From Eledone cirrhosa (taxonomy: Eukaryota), in NCBI GenBank assembly GCA_964016885.1, contig OZ024761.1, positions 28,520,001-28,584,000 of the forward strand: DNA of 64,000 nucleotides, given 5' to 3'. Shown in pieces: positions 25,454 through 40,265 of the stretch (its first letter is position 1; every line of letters begins with the position of its first letter). Made by a program: the position numbers and the translations under genes. The notes under the pieces are model-generated. The model did no database searches. It saw nothing but the letters and a program-made list of their open reading frames with translations, and was not told where the DNA came from.

Positions 25454-25723
25454 TTTCATTTCATTTCATTTTACGTCCGCTTTTTCCCTGCTTGCAAGGG
25501 TGGGACGGGAACTGATTCTGGCTTGATTTCTACAGCTGGATGCCCTTCCTAACACCAACCTCATTTAGAGTGAGTGCTGGGTGCTTTTTTGCCATGGCAC
25601 CTACACGACCACTTTGCAGTGGAATGATATGGACCCCACTCCCTATCATCTCATTTCTACAGCTGAGTAAACTGGAGCAATGTGAAACAAAGTGTTTTGC
25701 TCAAGGAAACAACACATCACCCG
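25454..25723 (-). mobile_element. SINE A, headless, tail-to-tail with the previous copy
   Basis: Ends cacatcacccg. Confidence 0.9.
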
Positions 25724-25939
25724 ATGGATATATATATATATTGTTATACCTGGAGGAGGGGGGTTCATATTGTTATAATCTTGCCAAAAATAATAACAGA
25801 ACACACTCGTGGAGCTCTCACATGTGTGTGTAAATATAGACATTGTTGTGTGTGGCCCAATATTTAGATTAGGTACATTGTATTCCCACATGTTGTATAG
25901 GTATTAGATTGGTAGATTTGTCAGAATAGGTACATCATT

Positions 25940-26750
25940 GTAGTAGTAGAGGTAGTAGTAGTAATAAAGATGGTAGTAGTAGAGGTAGTAGTAGTAATAA
26001 TAAAGATGGTAGTAGTAGAGGTAGTAGTAGTAGTAATAAAGATGGTAGTAGTAGAGGTAGTAGTAGTAGTAATAAAGATGGTAGTAGTAGAGGTAGTAGT
26101 AGTAGTAATAAAGATGGTAGTAGTAGAGGTAGTAGTAGTAGTAATAAAGATGGTAGTAGTAGAGGTAGTAGTAGTAGTGGAGGTAGTAGTAGTAGTAGTA
26201 ATAAAGATGGTAGTAGTAGTAGTAGTAAATATGGTAGTAGTAGAGGTAGTAGTAGTAGTAGTAGTAAATATGGTAGTAGTAGTGGAGATAGTAGTAGTAG
26301 TAAATATGGTAGTAGTAGTGGAGGTAGTAGTAGTAGTAAATATGGTAGTAGTAGTGGAGGTAGTAGTAGAAGTAGTAGTAGTAGTAAATATGGTAGTAGT
26401 AGTTGAGGTAGTAGTAGTAGTAGTAGTAAATATGGTAGTAGTAGTAGTGGAGATAGTAGTAGTAGTAGTAAATATGGTAGTAGTAGTAGTGGAGATAGTA
26501 GTAGTAGTAGTAGTAAATATGGTAGTAGTAGTGGAGGTAGTAGTAGTAGTAGTAAATATGGTAGTAGTAGTGGAGGTAGTAGTAGTAGTAATAGTAGTAG
26601 TAAATATGGTAGTAGTAGTAGTAGTAGTGGTGGTGGTATTGTTATTTAAATGACGGAGTGATGTGTTTTGATAGTGATGTCTTTTAGCAGAGAGAATGCT
26701 AGAGTCATGCAACACCAATAATGTCGTCATCATCATCATCGTCGTCGTCA

Positions 26751-26812
<62 letters not shown>

Positions 26813-27615
26813 ACCACCACCACCATCATCATCATGACTGTAATCGTGATCACCATCTCGATCATTATCACGACTATTGCGAACACCCCCACCTACTAAT
26901 ACCATCACCACCACCACCACCACCAATGCCACCACCAATACCACCAATACCACCATTACCATCAACACCAACACCACCACCACTACCAAACCAAACCAAA
27001 CCAACCCAACACCACTTCGATCATCACCACCGCCACCACCACACCATCAATACCACTCCCAACAACACCACCACCACTACCATCAATACTAACACCACCA
27101 CCACCACCACCATCGATACCACTACCAACAGCAGCCCACCACCATTAGCATTACCATCAACACCACCACCATCAATACAACTACCAAACCAAACCAAACC
27201 AACCCAATACCACTTCGATCATCACCAATACCACCACCACCACCACCATCAATACCACCACCACCACCACCATCAATACCACCACCACCACCATCAATAC
27301 CACTACCAACAGCAGCCCACCACCACTACCATCAATACCACCACCACCACCACCACCATCAATACCACTACCACCACCACCATCAATACCACCACCACCA
27401 CCATCAATACCACTACTAACAGCAGCCCACCACCACTACCATCAACACCAGCACCAACACCACCACCACCACCACTACCAACAGCAGCCCACCACCACTA
27501 CCATCAACACCAGCACCACCATCACCACCACTACCAACAGCAGCCCACCACCACCACCATCAATACCAGCACCTCCACCACTACCATCAATACCAGCATC
27601 ACCACCAGCACCACT
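25940..27615. repeat. Triplet microsatellite complex: (GTA)n, (GCC)n, (CAC)n
   Basis: Direct observation. Confidence 0.9.
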
Positions 27616-27720
27616 CAACAAAAGAAATACAAGTCACCAGTTAAATGCCAATAAAGAATGTTAAAAGCAGTCATTGTATTGGGTAATGAGATGAACCTTT
27701 TCTTTCACGCACACACATAC

Positions 27721-27838
<118 letters not shown>

Positions 27839-27839
27839 T

Positions 27840-28275
27840 TGAGGTTGGTAATGGCACATGGAATATATAAGAGACAGAATACTTTTTTTGTGAAAAAACA
27901 TATAATTTTATAAGGTAAGGAAAGAATAAAGGGTATAAAAAATGACCGGTTTCGATGGGTCTGCAAAAGCCATCTTTTCAAATGTTGATTAATATTAAGA
28001 AAAATTAATAATAAGAAGAGTTAAAATTTGAGATTTGAAAATTCAAGTATAAAATTCAGTGTGGGATTCCATAGTAGTTTTCATCTTGGTAGCAGCAAGT
28101 TGACTGCTGTGTGTCCCTTTCTGGTAGTGAATGAGGAATTATTTGTGGGGAGTAGTTTTTTTTAAGGTCATATTTAGCAATGGCCAGATGGCCAGCTGCT
28201 GGTCAGTGAGGGGGTGGAAGCAATATACATACATATATCTCCATGTGGTCGGTAGGAGAGGGGAGAGTGATAGAA
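27840..28275 (-). mobile_element. Probable inverted pLTR/3' UTR upstream of the PLE ORF
   Basis: Antisense HHR at 27941-27984 directly upstream of a 5'-truncated RT; matches the known PLE insertion geometry. Confidence 0.6.
27941..27984 (-). ncRNA. HHR with U3-A8 covariant core
   Basis: at-TTGAAAA-gatgg cttttgcagac ccatc-GAAA-ccgg (palindrome)-TC-at. Confidence 0.65.
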
Positions 28276-28289
28276 AGGGATTTAGTGCA

Positions 28290-29267
28290 CTTACACCTAT
28301 ATATACACATACCCTCAAAGCCAATTGGAAAAGATATCTAGACGACTGCTTTATCCTATGGCAAGAAGACATAAACTCACTTACTATGTTTAAAAACATG
28401 ATAAACAACATAGATAATAACATACAATTCACAATGGAATCCAATCCCAAGGAATTAGCCTTCTTGGATATTCTCATCTCTGTAATAGACGGGAAATTAG
28501 ATATAGATATATTCTATAAACCCACAGATTCCAAGCAATACCTCTTTTTCACATCAAGTCACCCAAAACATACAAAACTTAACATTCCTTACAATTTGGC
28601 CAAACGTATATGTACCATAGTATCAGATCCACCTAAATGGGAGCAAAGACTAAAGGAACTAAAAGACACCCTTATCTTAAGAGCCTTTCCACTTGAAATA
28701 ATCAACAATGGAATAGACAGGGCAAAACACCTAAATCCCCATCAACTTAACAATCCAAAACAGAAAACCACACTCAACACCTTGCCATATGTATCCACTT
28801 TCAACCCCAGAAATACCGAAATGTTTGATCACCTACACAAAAACCTCCCCATCCTACTTAAAGATGTAAAAATGAAGTCTATTCTTGAAACACACAAGAT
28901 CCTTAAAAGTAAAAGACAACCCAAATCACTAAAACGCATTCTCACTGGACCAAATATACCCAAACCAATCCTCAACCCTACAGTTACCAAATGTGGTAGA
29001 ACAAACTGTGGAACGTGCCTCTACCTCACTGAAGGACAAAAATTTACATTTAAAGATGGCCAAACATTTACAGTAAAAAACAATTTCACCTGCAACTCGG
29101 AGAACTTGATTTACGCAATAACTTGCGGTGGGTGCAAACACAACTACATAGGACAGACGGGTACCTCATTACGCAAAAGAATGACCATCCACCGCTAACA
29201 AATCCGGGACGCTAACACAAGAAAAATCCCCTTGAGCAGCCATATTGCGAACTGCGCAGGAATGTAA
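28290..29267 (+). pseudogene. Penelope-like (Neptune-like) RT C-terminal half + GIY-YIG endonuclease, 5'-truncated, premature stop at 29196-29198
   Basis: WKRYLDDCF (RT catalytic motif), IQFTME..ELAFLDI, FYKPTDSKQYL.F.SSHP, linker CGRTNCGTC, LIYAITCGGC..YIGQT..LRKRM..H. Frame continues past TAA as QIRD...LSSHIANC. Confidence 0.92.
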
Positions 29268-29325
29268 GAACATCGAGTGCTCAAACGGCCTACCGCATAC
29301 GGACGCTTTAAGCATCCCACACCAA

Positions 29326-29370
<45 letters not shown>

Positions 29371-29469
29371 GTATTAATTTAACAATGAGAATAATAACAA
29401 CAAAGTCGAGTTATTTTACCTATTCATATCATTGTTTTACAATCGTTTTGGAGGGTTGGTCATATTGAT

Positions 29470-30032
29470 GTCTATCTATCATGAAATGACAGCTCCATCA
29501 TATATCATGAAATGACAGCTCAATTTATATATCATGAAATGACAGATCAATTATCTCTTAGAAAATGACAGCTCAACTATCTCTCAGGAAATGACAGCTC
29601 AACTATCAATACTGAAACAACAGCTCAACTCTCTATCAGGGAGCTACAGCTCAATTATATGTCACAGAATGACAGCTCAACTATCTATAATGAACCTAAA
29701 GCTCAACTATTTATCAGGGAATGACAGCTCAATTATATATCATAAACAACACCTCAACTATCTATCAGAGAATGACAGCTTAACTATTTATCAGAGAATG
29801 GCAGCTCAACTATCTATAATGAAACTAAAGCACAACTATTTATCAAGGAACGACAGCTCAACTATCTATCATGAAATGGCAGCTCTACTATCTATCAGGG
29901 AATGACAGGTCAATTGTATATCAGAGAATGGCAGTTCAACTATCTATCAGAGAATGACAGCTCAACTATCTATCAGAGAATGACAGCTCAACTATCTATT
30001 AGAGAATGACAGCTTAACTATCTATCAGAGAA
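29470..30032. repeat. ~24-bp minisatellite
   Basis: (atgacagctcaactatctatcagRRa)n. Confidence 0.9.
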
Positions 30033-30218
30033 CTACAATAAGATGTGTGGTGGTCTTGAAAATATTAATAGATGAGTAAACATCTGGTGAAACAGAGAAC
30101 AATAAAGCTGTATGTGTGTGTATGGTTTGTGTAAGTGTGTGATTTGTGTGTATGTGTATCTGAGTGTGTATGTGTGTCTAGAAAAGGGTGTTTCAAAAAT
30201 CAATATTAAAGCTATATA

Positions 30219-30268
<50 letters not shown>

Positions 30269-30489
30269 AGAGGAGGGTGTGTGGGGAGGGGGTTAAAATC
30301 AATGGCTGAGATATCTGGAGATACTAAAAAACAATACACAAAATGAAAAAAAGGAAGAAAAAAAACAGAGAAAACAAATCTAAAACCAAAGATAGAACAA
30401 TGCCTGGGCTGAGAGTGAAACAATGAAGGTAGTGGTGGGGTGAGGAGTGGTCGGGTAGGGGGTGATGGCGGTGGGAGAGGAGGTGATGA

Positions 30490-30940
30490 TGGTGGTAGAG
30501 GGGAAGGTGGAGGAACAGATGAGCAGGTGGTGGTGGTGCTGGTGGCAGTGGGAGAGGAGGAGATGGTGGTGGTAGAGGGGAAGGTGGAGGAACAGATGAG
30601 CAGGTTGTGGTGGTGGTGGTGGAGGGGAAGGTGGAGGAAAAGATGAGCAGGTTGTGGTGGTGGTGGTGGTGGCAGTGGGAGAGGAGATGGTGGTGGTAGA
30701 GGGGGAAGGTGGAGGAACAGATGAGCAGGTTGTGGTGGTGGTGGTGGAGGGGAAGGTGGAGGAAAAGATGAGCAGGTTGTGGTGGTGGTGGTGGTGGCAG
30801 TGGGAGAGGAGATGGTGGTGGTAGAGGGGGAAGGTGGAGGAACAGATGAGCAGGTTGTGGTGGTGGTGGTGGTGGTGGCAGTGGGAGAGGAGGAGATGGT
30901 GGTGGGGGAGGGGAAGGTGGAGGAGCAGATGAGGTGGTGA
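30490..30940. repeat. G-rich minisatellite
   Basis: Repeated ggaaggtggaggaaMagatgagcaggttgtggtgg. Confidence 0.85.
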
Positions 30941-31371
30941 GAGAGAGAGAGGAAGGTGGAGAAGAGAGAAGAGGTAAAAGTCTGGGAGAAGGTTAGTGGG
31001 GGGAGGGATGCTGTGGTGGAGTGTGAGGAGGGTGGAGGTGGAGTGTGAGGACAAGGCACAGAGAATGAGGAGTAGGAGGAGTAGAAACAAATACTCCTTA
31101 ATGATCCACTCAGCAAATCTTAAATTCATGAGAGAAACAATTAATAATTAAAAATATATATATTTTTTTTAAAGCTTGGAGAGGAAGGGGTTAGGTGGGA
31201 GGTGGTGGAGTGGGAGTCGGAGGCGGGGGTGAGAGGTGGGAGGTGGTGGAGTGGGAGTGGGAGGCGGGGTGAGGGGTGGGGGTGGGGGTGAGGTGAGGGT
31301 GGGTGGGGTGGGTGGGAGGGGTGAAGTGGGAGGTGTAGGTAGAATGGAGATAAGAATGAAACGAGATAGAG

Positions 31372-31439
<68 letters not shown>

Positions 31440-31577
31440 GACAATAAAAGAAAAGATAATAGAAGGGAGATGAGCAAAAAGTAAAAGACAGATAATCATG
31501 AAGAGAGAGAGAGAAGATAGAGAAGATAGATAGATATATATAGAGAGAGAGAGCGACAGAGAGAGAACATAGAGAAG

Positions 31578-31608
<31 letters not shown>

Positions 31609-31965
31609 AGATAGATAGATAGATAGAGAGATAGAGAAGACACAGTGTATAGGAAGAAGAGAGAGATTTTAGAAAATGCAAACAATGAGACAGAAATACA
31701 TACATATCTACACACACACAAACACACATATATATATATATACATACCAACATAAAAATACATACACATGTATAAACATACATACATACCTTTACACATA
31801 TATACATATATATCAACAGACAAACATATACACACATACACACACACACACCTATGAATTTCATGTAGAATTTATATTAAACCAAACAATAACAACAAGA
31901 AGAACAATAATAATAATAATGAAGATATTTATACATTATATATATATATATATACATATATACAC

Positions 31966-32004
<39 letters not shown>

Positions 32005-32190
32005 TATATACATATACATATATATATATATAAATATTATATATATAAATATATATATTACATATATAAATATATATATCATATATATACATATATATTA
32101 TATATATATACACATATATATATACATATATATATATACATATATATATACATATATATATATACATATATATATACATATATATATTAT

Positions 32191-32237
<47 letters not shown>

Positions 32238-32482
32238 TATTATATATATACAGTATATATATATATATATTATATATACATATATATATTATATATATAT
32301 ATAAATATATATATTATATATATACATATATATTATATATATACATATATATTATATATATATACACATATATATATACATATATATACATATATACATA
32401 TATATATACATATATACATATATATATATATTATATATACATATATATATATATATATTATATATATACAGTATATATATAT

Positions 32483-32526
<44 letters not shown>

Positions 32527-32904
32527 AATATATATATATACTAATTCATGTTAGATTTTTGTTATAATATTAATCATAACAATGCCATCTTCAGTTTGCC
32601 ACAAGAGCAATGGATGAGGGAGTAGGGGAACGTGTCGATGGGTGGGGGGGTAGTGACAGGGGACACATGTAGCCCCTCCCAGCACCACCACACATCAAAG
32701 AAAAAGAAAGATAGGGGAGGCAAGAGGAGAAGAAGTGTGGGTGGGTTACAATGATTCTCAGGTAGGTTTTACTACATTCAAGCAAAATCTATCATGGAAT
32801 GACACATATACATACACACACAGGCTCTCTCTCTCTCACACACACATACACACACAAACATACACACACACACATGCTCTCACTCACACACATACACACA
32901 CAGG

Positions 32905-32935
<31 letters not shown>

Positions 32936-32979
32936 ACACACACACAAACACATGCTCTCACTCACACACATACACACAG

Positions 32980-33010
<31 letters not shown>

Positions 33011-33199
33011 TACACACACAAACAAACACACACACACATGCTCTTACTCACACACATACACACACAGGCTCTCTCTCTCAGACACACACACACACACATG
33101 CTCTCTCTCTTTCACACACACATACAGGCTCTCTCTCTTTCACACACACATCAGCTCTCTCTCACACACATACATACACACACACATACACACTCTGAC

Positions 33200-33950
33200 G
33201 ATGGTGGTGATCTTGATGATGGTTGACAATGATGGTGGTGGTGGTGGTGGTGGTGGTGACAGTGGTGGTGGTGTTGGTGGTGGTGACAGTGGTGATGATG
33301 GTGGTGGTGGTGGTGACAGTGGTGATGATGGTGGTGGTGGTGGTGGCGGTAGTGGCGATAATGGTGACATCGTGTGGTGGTGATGACGATGATGGTGGCA
33401 GTGGTGGTGATGGTACTGGTGACAGTGCTGATAGTGGTGATGATGATGGTTGACAATGATGAAAGTGATGTTGGTGCTGATGGTAGTGGTGGTGATAATG
33501 GTGGTGGTGACAGTGGTGGTGGTGGTGGCAGTGGTAGTGATGGTGGTGGTGGTGGCAGTGGTGGTAGTGATGGTGGTGGTGGTAGTGGCAGTGGTGGTAG
33601 TGGTGGTGGTAGTGGTGGTGGTGGTGGCAGTGGTGGTGGTGACAGTGGTGGTGGTGGCAGTGGTGGTGGTGACAGTGGTGGTGGTGACGATGGTGGTAGT
33701 GATGGTGGCGGTGGTGGTGGTAGTGGGACGATGGTGGTGGTAGAGGTGACGATGGTGGTGGTGGCAGTGACGGTGGTAGTGGTGGCAGTGGTGGTGACGA
33801 TGGTGGTGGTAGTGGTGGTAGTGGTGGTGGTGGTACTGGTGGTGGTGGTGGTGGTAGTGATGGTGGCAGTGGTGGTGGCAGTGGTGGTGGTGGTGGTGGT
33901 GGTAGTGATGGTGGCAGTGGTGGTGGCAGTGGTGGTGGTAGTAGTGGCAT
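33200..33950. repeat. (GGT)n compound microsatellite
   Basis: Direct observation. Confidence 0.9.
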
Positions 33951-34816
33951 CAAACCATATTGGAAAAAGGAATTTTCCAATATGAAATACATAATGCAAG
34001 AAAGAGTGTCCCAAGGGGCAAACATTGGTATGAAATATTACAGCAATATATTGTGTGTGTGTGTGTGGCTGTGTGTTTGTATGTGTGTGTGTGTGTGTGT
34101 GTGTGTGGTTGGGTGTGTGTGTGTGTGGTTGGGTGTGTGTGGCTGTGTCTGTGGTTGTGTGTCTGTGTATGCATTGATATATATATATATACATATATAT
34201 ATATATTACAGAAATATAATGTGTGTGTGTGTGTGACTGCATGTGTGTATGTGTGTGGCTATGTCTGTGTGGCTGTGTGTATGGTTGGGTGTGTGTGGCT
34301 GTGTGTGTGGTTGGGTGTGTGTGGCTGTGTGTGTGGTTGGGTGTGTGTGGTTGGGTGTCTGTGTATGCATTGTTATATATATATATATTACAGATATATA
34401 ATGTGTGTGTATGACTGCGTGTGTGTGTGTGTATGTGTGTGGTTGAGTGTCTATGCGTGGCTGTTTGTGTATATTGAGTTATATATATATATATAAATTT
34501 TATATTCATATGTACACAAACATATATGTATATATACACACTTGCAAATGTATATATATATTCATATTTCACACACACACACATATGTATATATATATAA
34601 TTCACATACACACAGGAACACATGTACAGCCATAGATATATGCATAAACACACACACACATATATATATATATACATATATAATTCAAACACAGAGACAG
34701 ATGCACACACACCCACACACATGCAGTCACACACGCACAAATTCACACAGACAGACACAAAAACACACACACGGACACATCCACACAGAAAGAGACACAC
34801 ACACACATATATATAT

Positions 34817-34873
<57 letters not shown>

Positions 34874-35259
34874 CATCGTCATTTATATGATGATATATAT
34901 ATATATATGCATATGTATATATATATATATATATAAATACATACATATATATATATATGTACATGTATATATATACATATAAATATATATAAATATATAT
35001 ATATATATAAATATATATAACTACATACATATATATATATGTACATGTATATATATACATATAAATATATATAAATATTCATATATATAAATATATATAT
35101 ATATACATATATATATGTACATGTATATATATACATATAAATATATATAAATATTTATATATATAAATATATATATATATACATATATAAATATATATAT
35201 ATATACATATATATAAATATATATATATACATATATATAAATATATATATATATACATA

Positions 35260-35302
<43 letters not shown>

Positions 35303-35661
35303 TCATCATATATATATATAATACATATATAATTATATAATATGTATATATAATTCACACACACACAACCAAACAGGAAGACACACACATACATGCTGTC
35401 ACAAACACACACAGAAATTCACCACATACACGTAGACAGAGGATATCACAGACACACAGAGTAATGGTAGCAAGTAGCAACAATGGCACACACTACATGT
35501 ATATTTCCTTTGAGGAATCTTGGTTGGCAGAATGTTTTTACATCAGTCTTTTAGAAATGATAAAAATCTGAGAAAAAATAGAATTTCTGGAGATTTTTAC
35601 AAAAGACTTTAAATGTATAAAGACTTTCTAAAGACAAACACAGAAATATATTTTACATAGA

Positions 35662-35704
<43 letters not shown>

Positions 35705-35709
35705 GATGA

Positions 35710-35778
<69 letters not shown>

Positions 35779-36034
35779 TGTATGTATATATATATGTATG
35801 TATATATATATATATTTATTTATATATATATAAATATTTATATATATTTATATGTATATATATATACATGTACATATATATATGTATGTATTTATATATA
35901 TATACATATATATATATAAATACATACATATATGTATTTATGTATATATACATATATATAAATACATACATATATGTATTTATATATATATACATATATA
36001 TAAATACATACATATATATATATATATATATTAC

Positions 36035-36087
<53 letters not shown>

Positions 36088-36088
36088 C

Positions 36089-36128
<40 letters not shown>

Positions 36129-36186
36129 TAGGGAGGAGATGCTTACACATATACATATCATTTAACATCTGCTTTCCCATGTTGCC

Positions 36187-36232
<46 letters not shown>

Positions 36233-37627
36233 CATATATAAATATGCATACATGCACATTTGCATTCATAGACACAGTAATAGACATATATATACACTAT
36301 ATATACACATGTATACACTATTCTCTATTGCTATTTATTGTATTTGCAGGAATTTCCAATTTATATATAACACATGTGGCAACATATTTATGCACATGGG
36401 TATATATATATTTATAGTTACTGTATATAGACACACAGACATACATATATATACAGCCATACATATACATAGTCATACGTATACACATAGACATACATAT
36501 ACACACACATACATATATACAGCCATACATATACTGACAGGCATACGTATACACATAGACATACATATACACACACATACATAGAGATGCATATACATAC
36601 AGTCATACATATACATACACATACATAGACATACATATACACACACATACATATACAGACAGGCGTACACATACACACACATATATATACACACACACAA
36701 ACATATACACACACATACATATACACACACATACATATACATAGACATACATATATACAGCCATACATATACATACAGTCATATGTATACACATATACAC
36801 ACACATACATATACACACACATTCATATATACAGCCATACATATACTGACAGGCATACATATACACACATACATATACACACACATACATATACACACAC
36901 ATACATATACACACACATACATATATATAGACATACATATACACACATACATAGACATAGACATACATATACACAGTCATACATATACACACACACATAT
37001 ACACACACACAAAACAGAGACATACATATATATAGACATACATATACATAGACATACACAGACATACATATACACAGACATACATATACACACACAAACA
37101 TATACACAGATGTACATAAACACACACATACATTTACACAGACATACATACACACAGACATACATATACTGACAGGTGTACATATACATAGACATACATA
37201 TACACACACATAGATATACACAGACATACATATACACAGCCATACATATACATACAGTCATACGTATACACATAGACATACATATACACACACATACATA
37301 TATACAGCAATACATATACTGACAGGCATACGTATACACAGACATACATATATACAGCAATACATATACTGACAGGCATACGTATACACAGACATACATA
37401 TATACAGCCATACATATACTGACAGGCATACGTATACACAGACATACATATATACAGCCATACATATACTGACAGGCATACGTATACACAGACATACATA
37501 TACTGACAGGCGTACATAAACATAGATGTACATATACACACACATACATATACTGACATACATATACATAGACATACATATACACACAGCCATACACAAA
37601 GACATACATATAAATACATATAAATAC

Positions 37628-37686
<59 letters not shown>

Positions 37687-37777
37687 TTGATTACTGATTT
37701 ATATTGGGATGTGAAAAAGTTTTTTAAAATGTACTCAATATGTTAGTAAAGACATCTTTACTTTATTATAGAAATTA

Positions 37778-37824
37778 CTTCAACAGGACTAGAACTGTTT
37801 CATTCGTAAGAAATCATCTGGAAG
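37778..37824 (-). ncRNA. HHR with U4A core change; same family as 43475-43523
   Basis: cttc-CAGATGA-tttc ttac gaat-GAAA-cag ttctagtc ctg-TT-gaag. Short inverted copy atgaaacagatc follows at 37831. Confidence 0.55.
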
Positions 37825-37857
37825 GTCTTAATGAAACAGATCTTATTCTTATATATA

Positions 37858-38200
37858 TCATCATCATCATCATTTTACGTCCGCTTTTCCCTGCTTGCAA
37901 GGGTGGGACGGGAACTGATTCTGGCTTGATTTCTACAGCTGGATGCCCTTCCTAACACCAACCTCATTTCCAGTGAGTGCTGGGTGCTTTTTTTCTGTGG
38001 CACCTCCACGACCCCTTTTCAGTGGAATGATAGGGACCCCAGTCCTATCATCTCATCTCTACAGCTGAGTAAACTGGAGCAATGTGAAATAAAGTGTCTT
38101 GCTCAAGGAAACAACACATCACCCGGTCTGAGAATTGAACTCACAACTTTTCGATTGTGAGGCCAATGCCTCCACCATATATATATATAAGCCATGTCCC
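37858..38200 (-). mobile_element. SINE family A
   Basis: As other copies; head interrupted by a (TA) expansion. Confidence 0.9.
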
Positions 38201-38352
38201 TCCATATATATATATATATATTTATATATATATGTATATATATATGTAAATGCTAAAGTGTTAAACTCGATTAAATTATCAACATAGGGCATTATCCCCA
38301 TTTTACATTTATTTCCCATGATTATGAAGATGATGATGAATATCTATATTAT

Positions 38353-38658
38353 ATGGCACTTCGTCGGTTACAACAATGCATGTTCCAATTGAAATGCATG
38401 TGAAATTAACATGGAAGTGGCTGAGCATTCCACAGACAAGTGTACCATTAACATAGTTCTCAGGGAGATTCAACGTGACACGAAATGTGACAAGGCTGGT
38501 GCTTTGAATTACAAGTTCACCTCATGTTTGCCAGCTGAGTAGACTGGAACAATATGAAATAAAGTGCCTTGCTCAAAGACACAACGCGCCGCTGGGCATT
38601 GAACTCGTGACCTTATGTTTGTGAGCCGAATGCCCTAATCACAAAACTATGCACCTTC
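38353..38658 (-). mobile_element. SINE family C (same core as A, different 3' domain)
   Basis: cagctgagtagactggaacaatatgaaataaagtgccttgctcaa; B-box gagttcaatgc on the minus strand. Confidence 0.75.
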
Positions 38659-39162
38659 ACACACACATATATATATGTGTGTGTGGGTGTGTGTGTTATT
38701 ATAGTTATGTATGTGGGTCAATCATGTGAATGTGTACTTATATAACTATGTATATTGGTAAGTGTGTATGTCTAGCTATATTTGGTTGTGTCTCTATATA
38801 TATGTCTCTCTGTACGTGTCCCTCCTACAAAACAAAAGAAAAAAAAAGAAATAATCTTTTTTTTTATACATGCTGGTCAAACAACACAAACAACTCTGAC
38901 CATTGAGAAGAATATTGGCTTTGTGGAAACTGGGGTTAACAGTTCTGGTTACATAACTACATTGAAAAGAGTAACATTGTAGAGGAAACAAACTTTAGTG
39001 GAATTAAACTATAGCTGGTAATTATCATATAGAAACAACCTGTAAAGTGTATATAAATGTGCGTATATATATATATATGAATGTTTATATTTATTATTTA
39101 TGCTTTCTTCCCATATTGTGTATCCTCAAAATGTTCTTATTTGTGTTTTAACCTTTGATTTA

Positions 39163-39209
39163 TACTCCAATGACCTCGGCCTTGTGCTTGGATGAAACAA
39201 TTGTTAGTA
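39163..39209 (+). ncRNA. Degenerate HHR
   Basis: tact-CCAATGA-...-GAAA-caattg (palindrome)-TT-agta. Two core changes, likely inactive. Confidence 0.5.
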
Positions 39210-39297
39210 ATTAAATGTTCTATACACTCTTTGATTGTTATATACAAAGTGTATATACATATATATATATATATATACATATATATAGATATATACA

Positions 39298-39346
<49 letters not shown>

Positions 39347-39456
39347 TAAACGGAATAGAAAATGCTGACAAATTGTTCACAGTTGAAAAATGGTTTAATT
39401 AGGAATAAAAGAGTATTAGTGATTGTATGGGTTAGTATTCAGTTGTGGTTTTAAGT

Positions 39457-39493
39457 TTTTACCGGTTGCGCATTTCTAAATGCTTTTCAAAAA
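39457..39493 (-). ncRNA. HHR-like motif with U3-A8 core and GCAA in place of GAAA
   Basis: ttt-TTGAAAA-gcattt ag aaatgc-GCAA-ccgg-TA-aaa. Confidence 0.45.
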
Positions 39494-39505
39494 TAATTTT
39501 GAGAT

Positions 39506-39555
39506 TGAGTGTCCGTGCTGTTTGCTCTGATCAGAGCAAACAGCACGGACACTCA
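39506..39555. repeat. Perfect 50-bp palindrome with no spacer
   Basis: tgagtgtccgtgctgtttgctctga | tcagagcaaacagcacggacactca. Confidence 0.97.
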
Positions 39556-39849
39556 TTTTACATCCGCTTTTCCCTGCTAGCAAGGGTGGGACGGGAACTG
39601 ATTCTGGCTCGATTTCTACAGCTGGATGCCCTTCGTAACACCAACCTCATTTACAGTGAGTGCTGGGTGCTTTTTTGCCGTGGCACCTCCACGACCACTT
39701 TGCAGTGGAATGATAGGGACCCCAGTCCTTATCATCTCATTTCTACAGCTGAGTAAACTGGAGCAATGTGAAATAAAGTGTCTTGCTCAAGGAAACAATA
39801 CATCACCCGGTCTGAGAATTGAACTCACAACCTTTCGATTGCAAGGCCA

Positions 39850-39851
<2 letters not shown>
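39554..39851 (-). mobile_element. SINE family A, slightly 5'-truncated
   Basis: As other copies. Confidence 0.9.
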
Positions 39852-39881
<30 letters not shown>

Positions 39882-40227
39882 CGAGCGAGAGAGAGAGAGA
39901 GAGCGAGCGAGAGAGAGAGAGAGGGAGATGTGAATGAAGCTGTTTATTGAAAGTAAAATCTGGTAATTGTCATAGAGAGATAACCTGTTGTAATTGCACA
40001 GTGTGTGTGTGTAGGTTTCTGTGTGTGTTTCAGTAAATGTGTGATCATGTGTATCAGACAGCATCTGTGTGTGTGTGTGTGTGTGCATATATGTATGTAT
40101 GTATGTATCTGTGTGTATGACTGTGGCTGTCTGTGTGTGTGCGCGTGCATATATGTATGTGTGTGCATATATGTATGTGTGTGTGTGTCTGCAGATATGT
40201 ATGTCTGTGTGTGTGTGCGTGCATATA

Positions 40228-40265
<38 letters not shown>

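Noticed and set aside
28131-28289. N-terminal ~50 aa of the 355-aa ORF
   Set aside because: Read-through into the putative inverted pLTR; RT similarity starts only shortly before WKRYLDD.
29196-29198. Recoded stop (selenocysteine) in PLE ORFs, as in some Naiad elements
   Set aside because: The in-frame stops here and at 63692-63694 are TAA, not TGA.
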